From NCBI GenBank assembly GCA_041906505.1, contig JAYRJB010000008.1, positions 72,053 through 136,052 on the forward strand: a stretch of 64,000 nucleotides of DNA, written 5' to 3'. A model generated the notes under the pieces. It ran no database searches. It was given only the letters and a program-made list of their open reading frames with translations, and was not told the DNA's origin. The position numbers were made by a program, and so were the translations under genes. This stretch comes from Candidatus Saccharimonadales bacterium. GTDB taxonomy: Bacteria > Patescibacteriota > Saccharimonadia > Saccharimonadales > 2-12-FULL-41-12. Shown one piece after another: positions 55,899 to 64,000 of this stretch (positions are counted from its first letter, which is position 1; each line of letters begins with the position of its first letter).

Positions 55899-57038
55899 CT
55901 ACTCTTTTGACTCAATGCAATCTGTATATACTTTTAATATTTTTGGCGCCACGTTATGAACATCGTAATTCTTTATTAGCTTTTGTTGTTGGCTGTGAAG
56001 CTGAGCTCTTAACCCCTCATCTGTAATTAGCTTCACAAGCAGGGAAGTCAGCTCTTCAATGTTCAGTGGATCAAAGATGGTTTTTTCGTTTTCTAACACC
56101 GATGCATAGCCCGGATTGCTACCCCCAATGACGACTCCAGCTCCCGCAGCCATTGCCTCGATCAGCACAATGCCAAAGCTTTCACCAGAGATTGATGGAA
56201 ATACTGCAATGTCAGCCCCGGCAAGAGTGCGAGGCTTATCCACTTCATCAATAAATCCTTTGAAGCTCACAAACCCCTCTAAGTTATTGCTGTTTACGTA
56301 GTGCTCTAGACTTTGTCGTTGGGGCCCATCGCCACAAATCGATAAGCTGAAGTTTTCAATGCCCATATCTCGCAACCGCTCAATCGCAAGCAATAGCTGC
56401 CTACACCCCTTTCGTTCAACCAATCGACCTAGAAATAGTAAATGGACAATCGTAGATTTATTGGGACTTAGTTGATTATTAGAGAAGGATAAAATATCAA
56501 CAGCGTTCGGTAAAACCGTAGTTTGAATGCCAAAAGATTCCTTTGCAAAACTCTGTGCAGGCTTTGAAACTGCAAGATGTGCGTCAAAAAGCCTTAGGCT
56601 GCTACGAAGCATAAAACCCAGGACTCTATTGCCGTACTTACTCAAAAAATTATAGGGAAGGATGTGAAATGTGCCGACGATCGCGGTGCGCTTTGGCGCA
56701 AACTTTATTACCTTTGCCGCCATAAATGGGCTGTACGGCACTTGGATGTGCAATACATCAAAATTTTCGCGCCCGAGGAGCGATTTTATTCTCTTATTCG
56801 AAGCAGGTAGCGGTGACGTGAGTCCATTTCCGTTAAATTGAACCTTTAAGTTTCTCGATAATGAGTGTAGGTTCTCAAACTTGGTTGTTGATGTTTCGCC
56901 GCACAAGTAATGCACTTCATGACCCTGTTGTTTCATCCACCGACTGATTGTGAGCACATATTGCTGAACGCCGTCAAGACGATCAAGACCATCGTCAAGC
57001 ACATACCCAATCTTAAGTCTTTGAATTTTTTTTGGCAT
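55899..57038 (-). CDS. GT4 family glycosyltransferase
   Basis: 379 aa. E(x7)E region SGESFGIVLIEAMAAG. Confidence 0.85.
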   Translation of the reverse strand: MPKKIQRLKIGYVLDDGLDRLDGVQQYVLTISRWMKQQGHEVHYLCGETSTTKFENLHSLSRNLKVQFNGNGLTSPLPASNKRIKSLLGRENFDVLHIQVPYSPFMAAKVIKFAPKRTAIVGTFHILPYNFLSKYGNRVLGFMLRSSLRLFDAHLAVSKPAQSFAKESFGIQTTVLPNAVDILSFSNNQLSPNKSTIVHLLFLGRLVERKGCRQLLLAIERLRDMGIENFSLSICGDGPQRQSLEHYVNSNNLEGFVSFKGFIDEVDKPRTLAGADIAVFPSISGESFGIVLIEAMAAGAGVVIGGSNPGYASVLENEKTIFDPLNIEELTSLLVKLITDEGLRAQLHSQQQKLIKNYDVHNVAPKILKVYTDCIESKE

Positions 57039-58140
57039 AGGCCGCCTTATAGATTGCCAAGTATTGATCTATTACCTTACTGTACTCGTACTTCTTTACG
57101 TTTTCTTTTGCCCAATCCAACCATGCGGCTCGAATTTTCTCATCAGTTGCCAGCAATACCAGTCTTCGGGCAAATTCCTTCGTATCCTTTGGGTCAATGA
57201 GTGATATTTGTCCCGTACCAGTTAGAACGCCTTCGTAGCCAGAGTTATTGCCAGCAACGGTTACACAACCACTGGCCATCGCCTCAAGAAGTACGATTCC
57301 AAAACTTTCTCCATACATGGCAGGAGAACAAAATAAATCTGAACGCTGCAATAGCCTCAGTTTTTCCTCTTCCGATATGAATCCAAGGAACTCAACATCT
57401 TTTACTTTAAGTTCGTTGACTAGTTCTTCTAGTTTTTCTCTATCTGGACCATTTCCAGCAATGAGTAATCGGTAATTTGGGTGCCTTTGTTTCACTTCAG
57501 AGAATGCCGCAATCAAGTATTTCACAGCCTTTCTTTTCTCCAAGCGTCCAACGTACAGAATTGTGACACGGTTCGCATCATGAGGGCCGTTACCCACTTT
57601 GTACTTCGACAAGTCAATACCGTTGGGAACTATTAATAGCTGCCTTTTTGAGATCGTCTTTACATAGTTTGTGGCAGCAGGAGATACGGCCGTCATTACA
57701 TCAAGATACTTTAATATTGATTTTGTATAAGGGGTAATCACTCTTTCTATTGTTCGCACAGAAGCTCTCTCGGACATGGCTGCATGAAACGTTCCAATAT
57801 GGATGGCATTTGACCGGATCATTATTTGTCTAGATAAAATCGGAACCCATGGTTCATGAAAATGAATAATATCGAAGTTGTGTTCATCTAGCATCTCATC
57901 TAATCGGTCTGTGTCGACACTCGCTGAAAATTGAGAAACTGTTGCAAAGGTTCGCACAGGTCTGCTCCCGCCCACAATTAAGACATTTTTGGGAATGCGC
58001 TGAGGTATCTCTTTTGGTTGAGGTGTGATGATGTAGGCTTCATGTCCTCTTTTTTCAGCTCCGTCTCGAAGCGCCAGCGCCACTTCCTGTACGCCACCAC
58101 CGATGAATATGTTATAGGGGCAAACAATTCCAATTTTCAT
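57013..58140 (-). CDS. GT4 family glycosyltransferase
   Basis: 375 aa. Motif YGESFGIVLLEAMASG. 26-nt overlap with the downstream GT4 gene. Confidence 0.85.
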   Translation of the reverse strand: MKIGIVCPYNIFIGGGVQEVALALRDGAEKRGHEAYIITPQPKEIPQRIPKNVLIVGGSRPVRTFATVSQFSASVDTDRLDEMLDEHNFDIIHFHEPWVPILSRQIMIRSNAIHIGTFHAAMSERASVRTIERVITPYTKSILKYLDVMTAVSPAATNYVKTISKRQLLIVPNGIDLSKYKVGNGPHDANRVTILYVGRLEKRKAVKYLIAAFSEVKQRHPNYRLLIAGNGPDREKLEELVNELKVKDVEFLGFISEEEKLRLLQRSDLFCSPAMYGESFGIVLLEAMASGCVTVAGNNSGYEGVLTGTGQISLIDPKDTKEFARRLVLLATDEKIRAAWLDWAKENVKKYEYSKVIDQYLAIYKAAYAKKNSKT

Positions 58141-58174
58141 ACAATCTCTTTACTTCTAATTATATCAGCTTAAT

Positions 58175-59092
58175 CTAGGACAGTAGTCTTCTAAGCCGAA
58201 GAGGGACGTAAGGCATTGCGTCCTTTGCGCTCGCAATAATGCTTGGCGCGTGGGCTGGCATTTTTGTAGGCACCACCTCAAAATTTTCAAAAATCACACG
58301 CATGTGTTGTTCTACGGTGTGATTGTCAAAATAGCGGTCATAGTCTGGAGCCACGTGATATGTTTTTGTCGGTAATTGCGCTGTACAGACGTCTAGCTTC
58401 ATCATCATGTGAATCGTAAACATTCTGGTTCGAAGATCATTCATTTTCCAAAGCTGCACCTCAAAATCAATTCTTTTTTTTCGTTCTGTCTCATTTGCAT
58501 CAAAAAGCTTCGAGTGCTTATCTTTTACCATGTTATACGTGGCTCTAATGAAAGGACCACGCAATAGCAACTTCTTGATCACGTACGAAGTCGACCGAAA
58601 CGAACCAAGCCATCCAATACCCCGTAGTGCCCAGTAATTAATCGGACCAAACTTGAAGTCTTGATAATGCACAAACCCAACTGTACTTACCAATATGTCA
58701 ACTTTTGACTCCAGCTCTGGATATTTTTGGAGGGTCCTCACAATAATTGGAAACGCAAAAGACATTCCAACAATTGTGACGCGTCGGCGCTTGTATCGTA
58801 GCTTGATAATAGATGCCAAGTAGTCCGCATAATTATCTAATGTCGGTTTTTCGCCAATCTTATAAAAGCTGTCCATTCCTCCAAAACCCGGTAAATCTGG
58901 CATCGTCACTGCGCCGTATCGGTTCATGACCTCAGCAAATCCAGACATTCTTTCTAAGCTTGAATGGTGGCCATAAAGCAACAAAATTTCTCGATTTTTA
59001 TTTTTGGGCGCCGGAAGTCTTAAAAGCCTTCCATTTAGGCCGTTCACATGGAGGGGTGCAATGTGATTTTTTATTTTGTGTGAGGCTACCAT
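58175..59092 (-). CDS. alpha/beta-fold hydrolase
   Basis: 305 aa. LLYGHHSS plus a GMSFA nucleophile-elbow-like motif. Confidence 0.6.
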   Translation of the reverse strand: MVASHKIKNHIAPLHVNGLNGRLLRLPAPKNKNREILLLYGHHSSLERMSGFAEVMNRYGAVTMPDLPGFGGMDSFYKIGEKPTLDNYADYLASIIKLRYKRRRVTIVGMSFAFPIIVRTLQKYPELESKVDILVSTVGFVHYQDFKFGPINYWALRGIGWLGSFRSTSYVIKKLLLRGPFIRATYNMVKDKHSKLFDANETERKKRIDFEVQLWKMNDLRTRMFTIHMMMKLDVCTAQLPTKTYHVAPDYDRYFDNHTVEQHMRVIFENFEVVPTKMPAHAPSIIASAKDAMPYVPLRLRRLLS

Positions 59093-59141
59093 CGTTAAAG
59101 TAATGTAGCTAACAAGCTACATGATCGCAAATTTTTTGCCT

Positions 59142-60281
59142 TTATTTACCTGCAAAAATTTTACCAAACCGCTTAGATAAACGCACTTTTGCTTGAGGTT
59201 CACTGTCCTGGACAGCATCTTCTCCCTTAAAGACTTCGAGATAAACTTGTAGCGTAGTCACCAGCACAATCATTAATACGGGGCCAAGAATAATGCCAAT
59301 AAAACCAAAAAGTGCTACCCCAGAAAATACAGCCAGCAAAGTAAGGGCTGGGTCAAGTCTAGCCTCTCTTGGCACTAGCCTTGGACGCATGATATTATCA
59401 ATATTTGTCACAATCAAAATATGCCCCAAGATAACAATCAGTCCTCCCACAATATTCCCAGTCAAAAGCATCACGACACCGATTGGCAACACTAAAATTC
59501 CACCACCGAGCGGAATAATAGATAGAGCGATGAGCACTACCGCAAAAAAGAAAAACGCAGTGTGAATGCCGCCAATATACAACAGCACAGCATCGGTGAG
59601 TCCTTGTAGCGTCGCGATAATGAACTGGCCTCTGACCATGGCTTTTGTCATGCTGCCCATTCTTGCAACATAAAGTTCACTAATTTGCCTTCCTAATGGG
59701 TTAATCTTATGGAAAATCCGAATTATTGCATCTTGGTTCTTAAGCATAGATATAAAAACGTATATATAGATAATTGCAATTGTAATAAATCCAATTACGC
59801 CGTTGATTGATGACCAGGCATTTTTTAACAGAGTTTCGCCCAAACCTTCGACCGCTTTTGTCGCCGCTGACGTAATGCTTTGAGAAGTAATGTGAATATT
59901 TAAACCAAGACTTGTAAAAATATCGTTCGCAGAGTCTATAGCCCGCTGACCAATATTTCCAAGATCGAAGCTATTCGCATTCTGCCTTATGGTATCAAGC
60001 AGCGTCACAACTTGAACGCTCGTGATAGCAACCAATAACGATACAGGAATAACGAATGATAGAATTGTCACGAGCAAAGTAATCGAAGCTGCACTGGAAG
60101 GGCTCCGTCCTTTTGCCAGCAACATTTTGTAGACTGGATTGAAAATGAAGGCGACGATAGCTGCAACAACGATAAGTAATATGTATCGCTGCAGAAAAAA
60201 TACCGCTACAACCGCGGCTGTTGCCATGGCAACCGCGAGGGCAATGCGCTGCGATTTATCAACTTTGATTAATTTTTTCAT
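59142..60281 (-). CDS. AI-2E family transporter (second copy)
   Basis: 379 aa, polytopic. Same architecture as the ORF at 54798-55880. Confidence 0.75.
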   Translation of the reverse strand: MKKLIKVDKSQRIALAVAMATAAVVAVFFLQRYILLIVVAAIVAFIFNPVYKMLLAKGRSPSSAASITLLVTILSFVIPVSLLVAITSVQVVTLLDTIRQNANSFDLGNIGQRAIDSANDIFTSLGLNIHITSQSITSAATKAVEGLGETLLKNAWSSINGVIGFITIAIIYIYVFISMLKNQDAIIRIFHKINPLGRQISELYVARMGSMTKAMVRGQFIIATLQGLTDAVLLYIGGIHTAFFFFAVVLIALSIIPLGGGILVLPIGVVMLLTGNIVGGLIVILGHILIVTNIDNIMRPRLVPREARLDPALTLLAVFSGVALFGFIGIILGPVLMIVLVTTLQVYLEVFKGEDAVQDSEPQAKVRLSKRFGKIFAGK

Positions 60282-60402
60282 AATAAATTTTTATTAATTA
60301 TATCATAAAAACTCAAAATATAAAGTAATCGTTCTGTAGATTAATTGCTGGATCAGTCAAATTGTTATGCTATTATTTTTACTAAACGATGTGGATATCG
60401 AC

Positions 60403-61629
60403 ATGACTACAAAGCAGGAAAAAAAGATTATTGAACTACAGCAAGAAAATAGGCAATTGAAAAAAGAGGTGTCCAGGTTACGCAGTAAAACAAGAATCCT
60501 AAAAGGTGGCGGCAGGAGAGCTCTTAAATGGGCAAGCTTTGGCCTTGCCGGGGCAGTCTTTGTGGCAGCAAGCGCAATCTTTTATGTGGGCATGACACTC
60601 ACAAATACAGATAGGTTTATGAGGTCCGTGGGGCCGTTAATCCAGCAGCCTGCGATTCAAGAAGCGGTTGCGAAAAAGACCACCGATGCGCTGTTTGCTC
60701 AAATAGACACTGTACAGCTCGCTACTGAAGTTCTCCCAGATAAGATAGACTTCTTGGCGCCGCAAGTTGCGCGAGAAATCCAAAACGCATCAACAAATGA
60801 AGCACAAAAAATTCTTGCCTCACCTTCTTTCCAAGGTGTCTGGGATAAGACACTTCGAACAGCCCATCAGAACCTTGTAAATAATCTAAGGTCATACAAA
60901 GGCAATGGAACCATATCGGTAAATGATGTGTACAACCAGCTCTCGGCCCAACTTGAAACCACAAAACTAAATTTTCTAACCGGAAAGCAATTACCGAGCA
61001 ATATTGGCGAGATTGTAGTGGTTCAAGCCGACTATTTGCCGGTTGCTCACACTGTTGTCAGTAACATGTCGATCGCCCGCGTCATCTCAATCGTTCTTGT
61101 TCTTGGTCTTTTTTCGCTCTCGATATATCTAAGTGATAACCGGCGAAAAACCATAATCCACATAGGAATATTAGTTGCAGCACTTTCGGTTTTCTTGCTT
61201 GTTTCTCTTAGAATTGGCCAGGAAGTTTTGGTCAATAGCACGCAAGCCTCATTTCGACAGGCCGCCTCTGAAACCTGGAAAATTGTTTTTCAACCCTACT
61301 CCCAAATTTTATGGGGGCAAGTAGTGCTCGGACTTAGCCTCTCTTTCGTTAGTTGGATTGGTGGTAACTCAAAAACTGCAACCAAAACACGATCGAGACT
61401 TCAAGTGCTGGTCGAGGGAAATGCCCACAAAGCAATTTTTAATAATCAAGACCCACCCTTTAGCAAGTGGATACGTCAACAAAGAATGCTACTTATGAGC
61501 CTTGTGCTGTTGGGTTTTTTATTATCCTTACTGTTTATTTCTATAAGTCTGTCGTCAGTAATTTTAGCTAGCCTTATCTCTCTTGCAATTATCTTGGTGT
61601 TATTTGTGCTCGGTGGACCTTCCTCGTAA
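60403..61629 (+). CDS. membrane protein with N-terminal coiled-coil segment
   Basis: Start at MTTKQEKKIIELQQENRQLKKEVSRL (the alternative ATG is at 60367). Several TM spans. No family recognised. Confidence 0.55.
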   Translation: MTTKQEKKIIELQQENRQLKKEVSRLRSKTRILKGGGRRALKWASFGLAGAVFVAASAIFYVGMTLTNTDRFMRSVGPLIQQPAIQEAVAKKTTDALFAQIDTVQLATEVLPDKIDFLAPQVAREIQNASTNEAQKILASPSFQGVWDKTLRTAHQNLVNNLRSYKGNGTISVNDVYNQLSAQLETTKLNFLTGKQLPSNIGEIVVVQADYLPVAHTVVSNMSIARVISIVLVLGLFSLSIYLSDNRRKTIIHIGILVAALSVFLLVSLRIGQEVLVNSTQASFRQAASETWKIVFQPYSQILWGQVVLGLSLSFVSWIGGNSKTATKTRSRLQVLVEGNAHKAIFNNQDPPFSKWIRQQRMLLMSLVLLGFLLSLLFISISLSSVILASLISLAIILVLFVLGGPSS

Positions 61630-61746
61630 GGTTTTGGTAGAAGCCATCAAAAAACTAGTTAGGTAATTTACTCGACTCGCAGCTGTCGAAAAGGTAGCTC
61701 TATCCACACACTGCAAAACATCACTTGGATTATTTAGGCAATGTTA

Positions 61747-61775
61747 TTGCATGACTGTAACTATTCTATTAGAAT
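61747..61775 (+). promoter_or_regulatory. candidate promoter
   Basis: TTGCAT (61747-61752), 17-nt spacer, TAGAAT (61770-61775). GGAG lies 10 nt before the TTG start at 61815. Confidence 0.5.
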
Positions 61776-61814
61776 ATATATCCTAACGGTATCAATTTTG
61801 GAGAATGCTAGATT

Positions 61815-63746
61815 TTGCCACACAAAGAAACGATTCAGAATAAGAGAAATAGAGCTCAAGCAGTTGGACTACTACTTGCGTCAGCTTCGATACCCAAAAC
61901 TTTTCAGCGATCTTTAATGCCCCGGAGCGATGTTGATCAAGCGCTTATTACCGGTATAACCATCGCCCTTGTCTACATGCTCTCCACCGTACTGCAGGAC
62001 GTAACTGAGCTTGGTCTTGATTCGGTGATTGAGGGTGAACACCGAAAAAATATTCAAATTAATGACACGCGGCTAAATGATTCATCGGTAATTGGATCCA
62101 TGGCGCTTGCTTTTGGCTACTGGCTACAATCAAAATTTCCTTATGAATCCGAAGAAAGACTTACGGTTTCGGCCAAAAGAACGGGGGGCTACTGGCTAAA
62201 AAACATTGGCTTGGCCAATTTGGTATACGGTTGTATCGAAGCAATAAACAATAAACTAAGTAGGTCTAAGGCTCGAGCGCAAGAAAGAAATTTGTTGCCA
62301 TATTTGATTGGCGCGGGCCTTATTTTTAGCCTCCTCGATGATCTTAGGCGAACAGACCAAGATCGAAGGGCTGTCCTAAAAAGGACTCTCAAAGATACCA
62401 GACCAATTAAAATTGTCGCGCTCGGCTCTGTAGTAACTGCAGCACTCTTTGGGTTTGCACATGTCGAAAGAAAAGTGGCAAAAGTAGTTGACTCAACCAT
62501 GGAGGAATATGCACCGTTCGCAAAGCGTAGCTGGTTGCCGGTGGGGCATGTACTCACCGCAGGACTAATGGTCTTTGGTCTAGCGAAGGCAGTAGAAAGT
62601 ACGTATAAGCGAATAGAGAATAACTCTGAGAATATTGAAGAGGGATTTCACACCCAACCAAAAACTAGATTATCAAGTGGCGGCAAGGGCAGTGCAGTAA
62701 ACTGGCAAACCCTCACCATCCAAGGCCGCCGTCATATTGGCTCCAAGTTATCTTCGGCCCAGATTTCAGACGTGATGAAAGAAAATGCGGTTGAGCCGAT
62801 AAGAATTTTTGTTGGACTGGATAGTGCTGCGTCCGAGGAAGAACGGGTAGCCCTTGCATTGCACGAGCTGGACAGAACGCAGGCCTTTAGTCGTTCCTAC
62901 ATTGTGGTGGTATCACCGACAGGAACGGGCTACATAAACTACGTTATGAGCGAATCAATAGAATACATGACGAGAGGGAGTGTCGCCTCCGTTGCTATTC
63001 AATATTCAAAACGACCGTCGCCTATGTCGCTTGATAGAGTCGATGAAGGGTTTCGCCAATACAGAATGCTATTGAACGGCATCAAGCGCAAACTTGACAC
63101 CATACCTGCAAAAAAACGTCCAAAGATCATTCTTTTTGGTGAAAGTCTGGGTGCATGGACATCACAAAATGCATTCGTAAACGAGGGTACCGACGGCCTT
63201 CAGTATCTGGCAATCGACAGTGCTCTCTGGATTGGGACACCTGCTGGCAGCAAATGGAAGAAGCAGGTTCTGTCCGGAAAAATGCTCAACGTCGAATCAA
63301 GTCTCGTCGGTAGTTTTGATAACATCAACGATACTAAAAGTCTACGGGCATCGGAACGTTCACGCATACGCTACGTCTTACTTACGCACCATAATGACCC
63401 GATACCTCAATTTAGCTTAGATTTACTTTTAAAGCAGCCCGACTGGATTGACGACCCCAATAAGCGTCCTGCAGAAATACACGGGAAGTTGACGTATCGG
63501 ACTCCGACACTTTTTGTTCAGATGCTTTTTGGAATGAAAAACGCTCTTCGTCCAATACCAGGTAAGTTTGTAGCAGACGGACACGATTATCGAGCCGATC
63601 TGGCGCGTTTCATTAAGTTCACCTACCGATTTAACGTATCACCCACACAACTAACGTCAATCGAAAAACAGCTCCGCCAAAATGAAATAGACAGAGCAGA
63701 TAAAATCGAGTTGGGTATTATCGAAGACAAAGTTCGGAAGCAATAA
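61815..63746 (+). CDS. membrane-anchored alpha/beta-hydrolase (Abhydrolase_9-like)
   Basis: 643 aa. N-terminal TM region, then a hydrolase domain with the GESLGAW nucleophile elbow. Confidence 0.65.
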   Translation: MPHKETIQNKRNRAQAVGLLLASASIPKTFQRSLMPRSDVDQALITGITIALVYMLSTVLQDVTELGLDSVIEGEHRKNIQINDTRLNDSSVIGSMALAFGYWLQSKFPYESEERLTVSAKRTGGYWLKNIGLANLVYGCIEAINNKLSRSKARAQERNLLPYLIGAGLIFSLLDDLRRTDQDRRAVLKRTLKDTRPIKIVALGSVVTAALFGFAHVERKVAKVVDSTMEEYAPFAKRSWLPVGHVLTAGLMVFGLAKAVESTYKRIENNSENIEEGFHTQPKTRLSSGGKGSAVNWQTLTIQGRRHIGSKLSSAQISDVMKENAVEPIRIFVGLDSAASEEERVALALHELDRTQAFSRSYIVVVSPTGTGYINYVMSESIEYMTRGSVASVAIQYSKRPSPMSLDRVDEGFRQYRMLLNGIKRKLDTIPAKKRPKIILFGESLGAWTSQNAFVNEGTDGLQYLAIDSALWIGTPAGSKWKKQVLSGKMLNVESSLVGSFDNINDTKSLRASERSRIRYVLLTHHNDPIPQFSLDLLLKQPDWIDDPNKRPAEIHGKLTYRTPTLFVQMLFGMKNALRPIPGKFVADGHDYRADLARFIKFTYRFNVSPTQLTSIEKQLRQNEIDRADKIELGIIEDKVRKQ

Positions 63747-63765
63747 ATAGTTTATACTAGCGCCT

Positions 63766-64000
63766 ATGTTGGGTAGTGCGTTGATAACACAACTTGGGCT
63801 GTCGATTTTTGTGCTCGGTTATGGCATTCTCCTTTCGCGAGTTATTCCCTCAAAAATTCACTGGCTAACTAACGGCGCCTTTGCTCTTATTGTCTTCACG
63901 ATCGCCCAGCCACTCGGATTAAGTGTGAGCGAGCTGGGGCTTGGGCTTGCCTACGTTCCAAAAGGAGTGCTGATTGCAGCTACGGCATCGCTGGTATTGC
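63766..64000 (+). CDS. membrane protein, N-terminal fragment (continues beyond the window)
   Basis: Hand-translated MLGSALITQLGLSIFVLGYGILLSRVIPSKIHWLTNGAFALIVFTIAQPLGL... with no stop before the window end. Hydrophobic. Confidence 0.4.
   Translation, partial: MLGSALITQLGLSIFVLGYGILLSRVIPSKIHWLTNGAFALIVFTIAQPLGLSVSELGLGLAYVPKGVLIAATASLVL

Overview
The window is gene-dense and reads with the standard code (TGA is used as a stop). It looks like a reduced-genome CPR/Patescibacteria bacterium, probably Saccharibacteria-like. That placement is an inference from the missing rpmD, the missing adk and map after secY, the many tiny orphan ORFs and the lysine-rich ribosomal-protein tails. Positions 1-21,687 hold an almost complete ribosomal supercluster on the + strand: rpsL (partial), rpsG, fusA, tuf, rpsJ, then rplC through rplO, secY, infA, rpmJ, rpsM, rpsK, rpsD, rpoA, rplQ, rplM and rpsI. 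Next come trpS, an RluD-like synthase, holB and a TPR protein. A minus-strand accessory patch follows (NADAR, serine hydrolase, MazG-like protein, unknown protein) and ends at a tRNA cluster: Tyr-GTA, Thr-TGT, a decayed tRNA-like copy, and Thr-GGT on the + strand. About 9.7 kb separates rpmG from secE, nusG, rplK and rplA. That wedge holds a glycosyltransferase-GH57-GH15 alpha-glucan operon, tRNA-Trp, a P-loop kinase with a DUF45 metallohydrolase, an orphan histidine kinase and a GT2 membrane enzyme. Another 4.6 kb separates rplA from rplJ and rplL. It holds dcd, a tmk-thyX fusion gene and two divergent orphan genes that share a palindromic bidirectional promoter, each behind a terminator-containing leader. 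The rest of the window holds dnaX, dnaB, ybaB, recR, a DHH phosphoesterase, cysS and an envelope cluster (two AI-2E permeases, two GT4 enzymes, hydrolases). No CRISPR array, transposase, integrase or recognisable defence gene was seen. The strongest leads are: (1) the dcd plus tmk-thyX thymidylate module inside the L11-L1/L10-L12 cluster; (2) the riboswitch-like divergent control region at 44.75-45.15 kb; (3) orphan ORFs and new promoters inserted at normally invariant junctions of the str and S10 operons; (4) the NADAR/MazG-like/hydrolase patch beside a tRNA-like remnant; (5) long low-complexity extensions on L1 and S10. All functional calls rest on motif recognition and synteny by eye. No database search was run.
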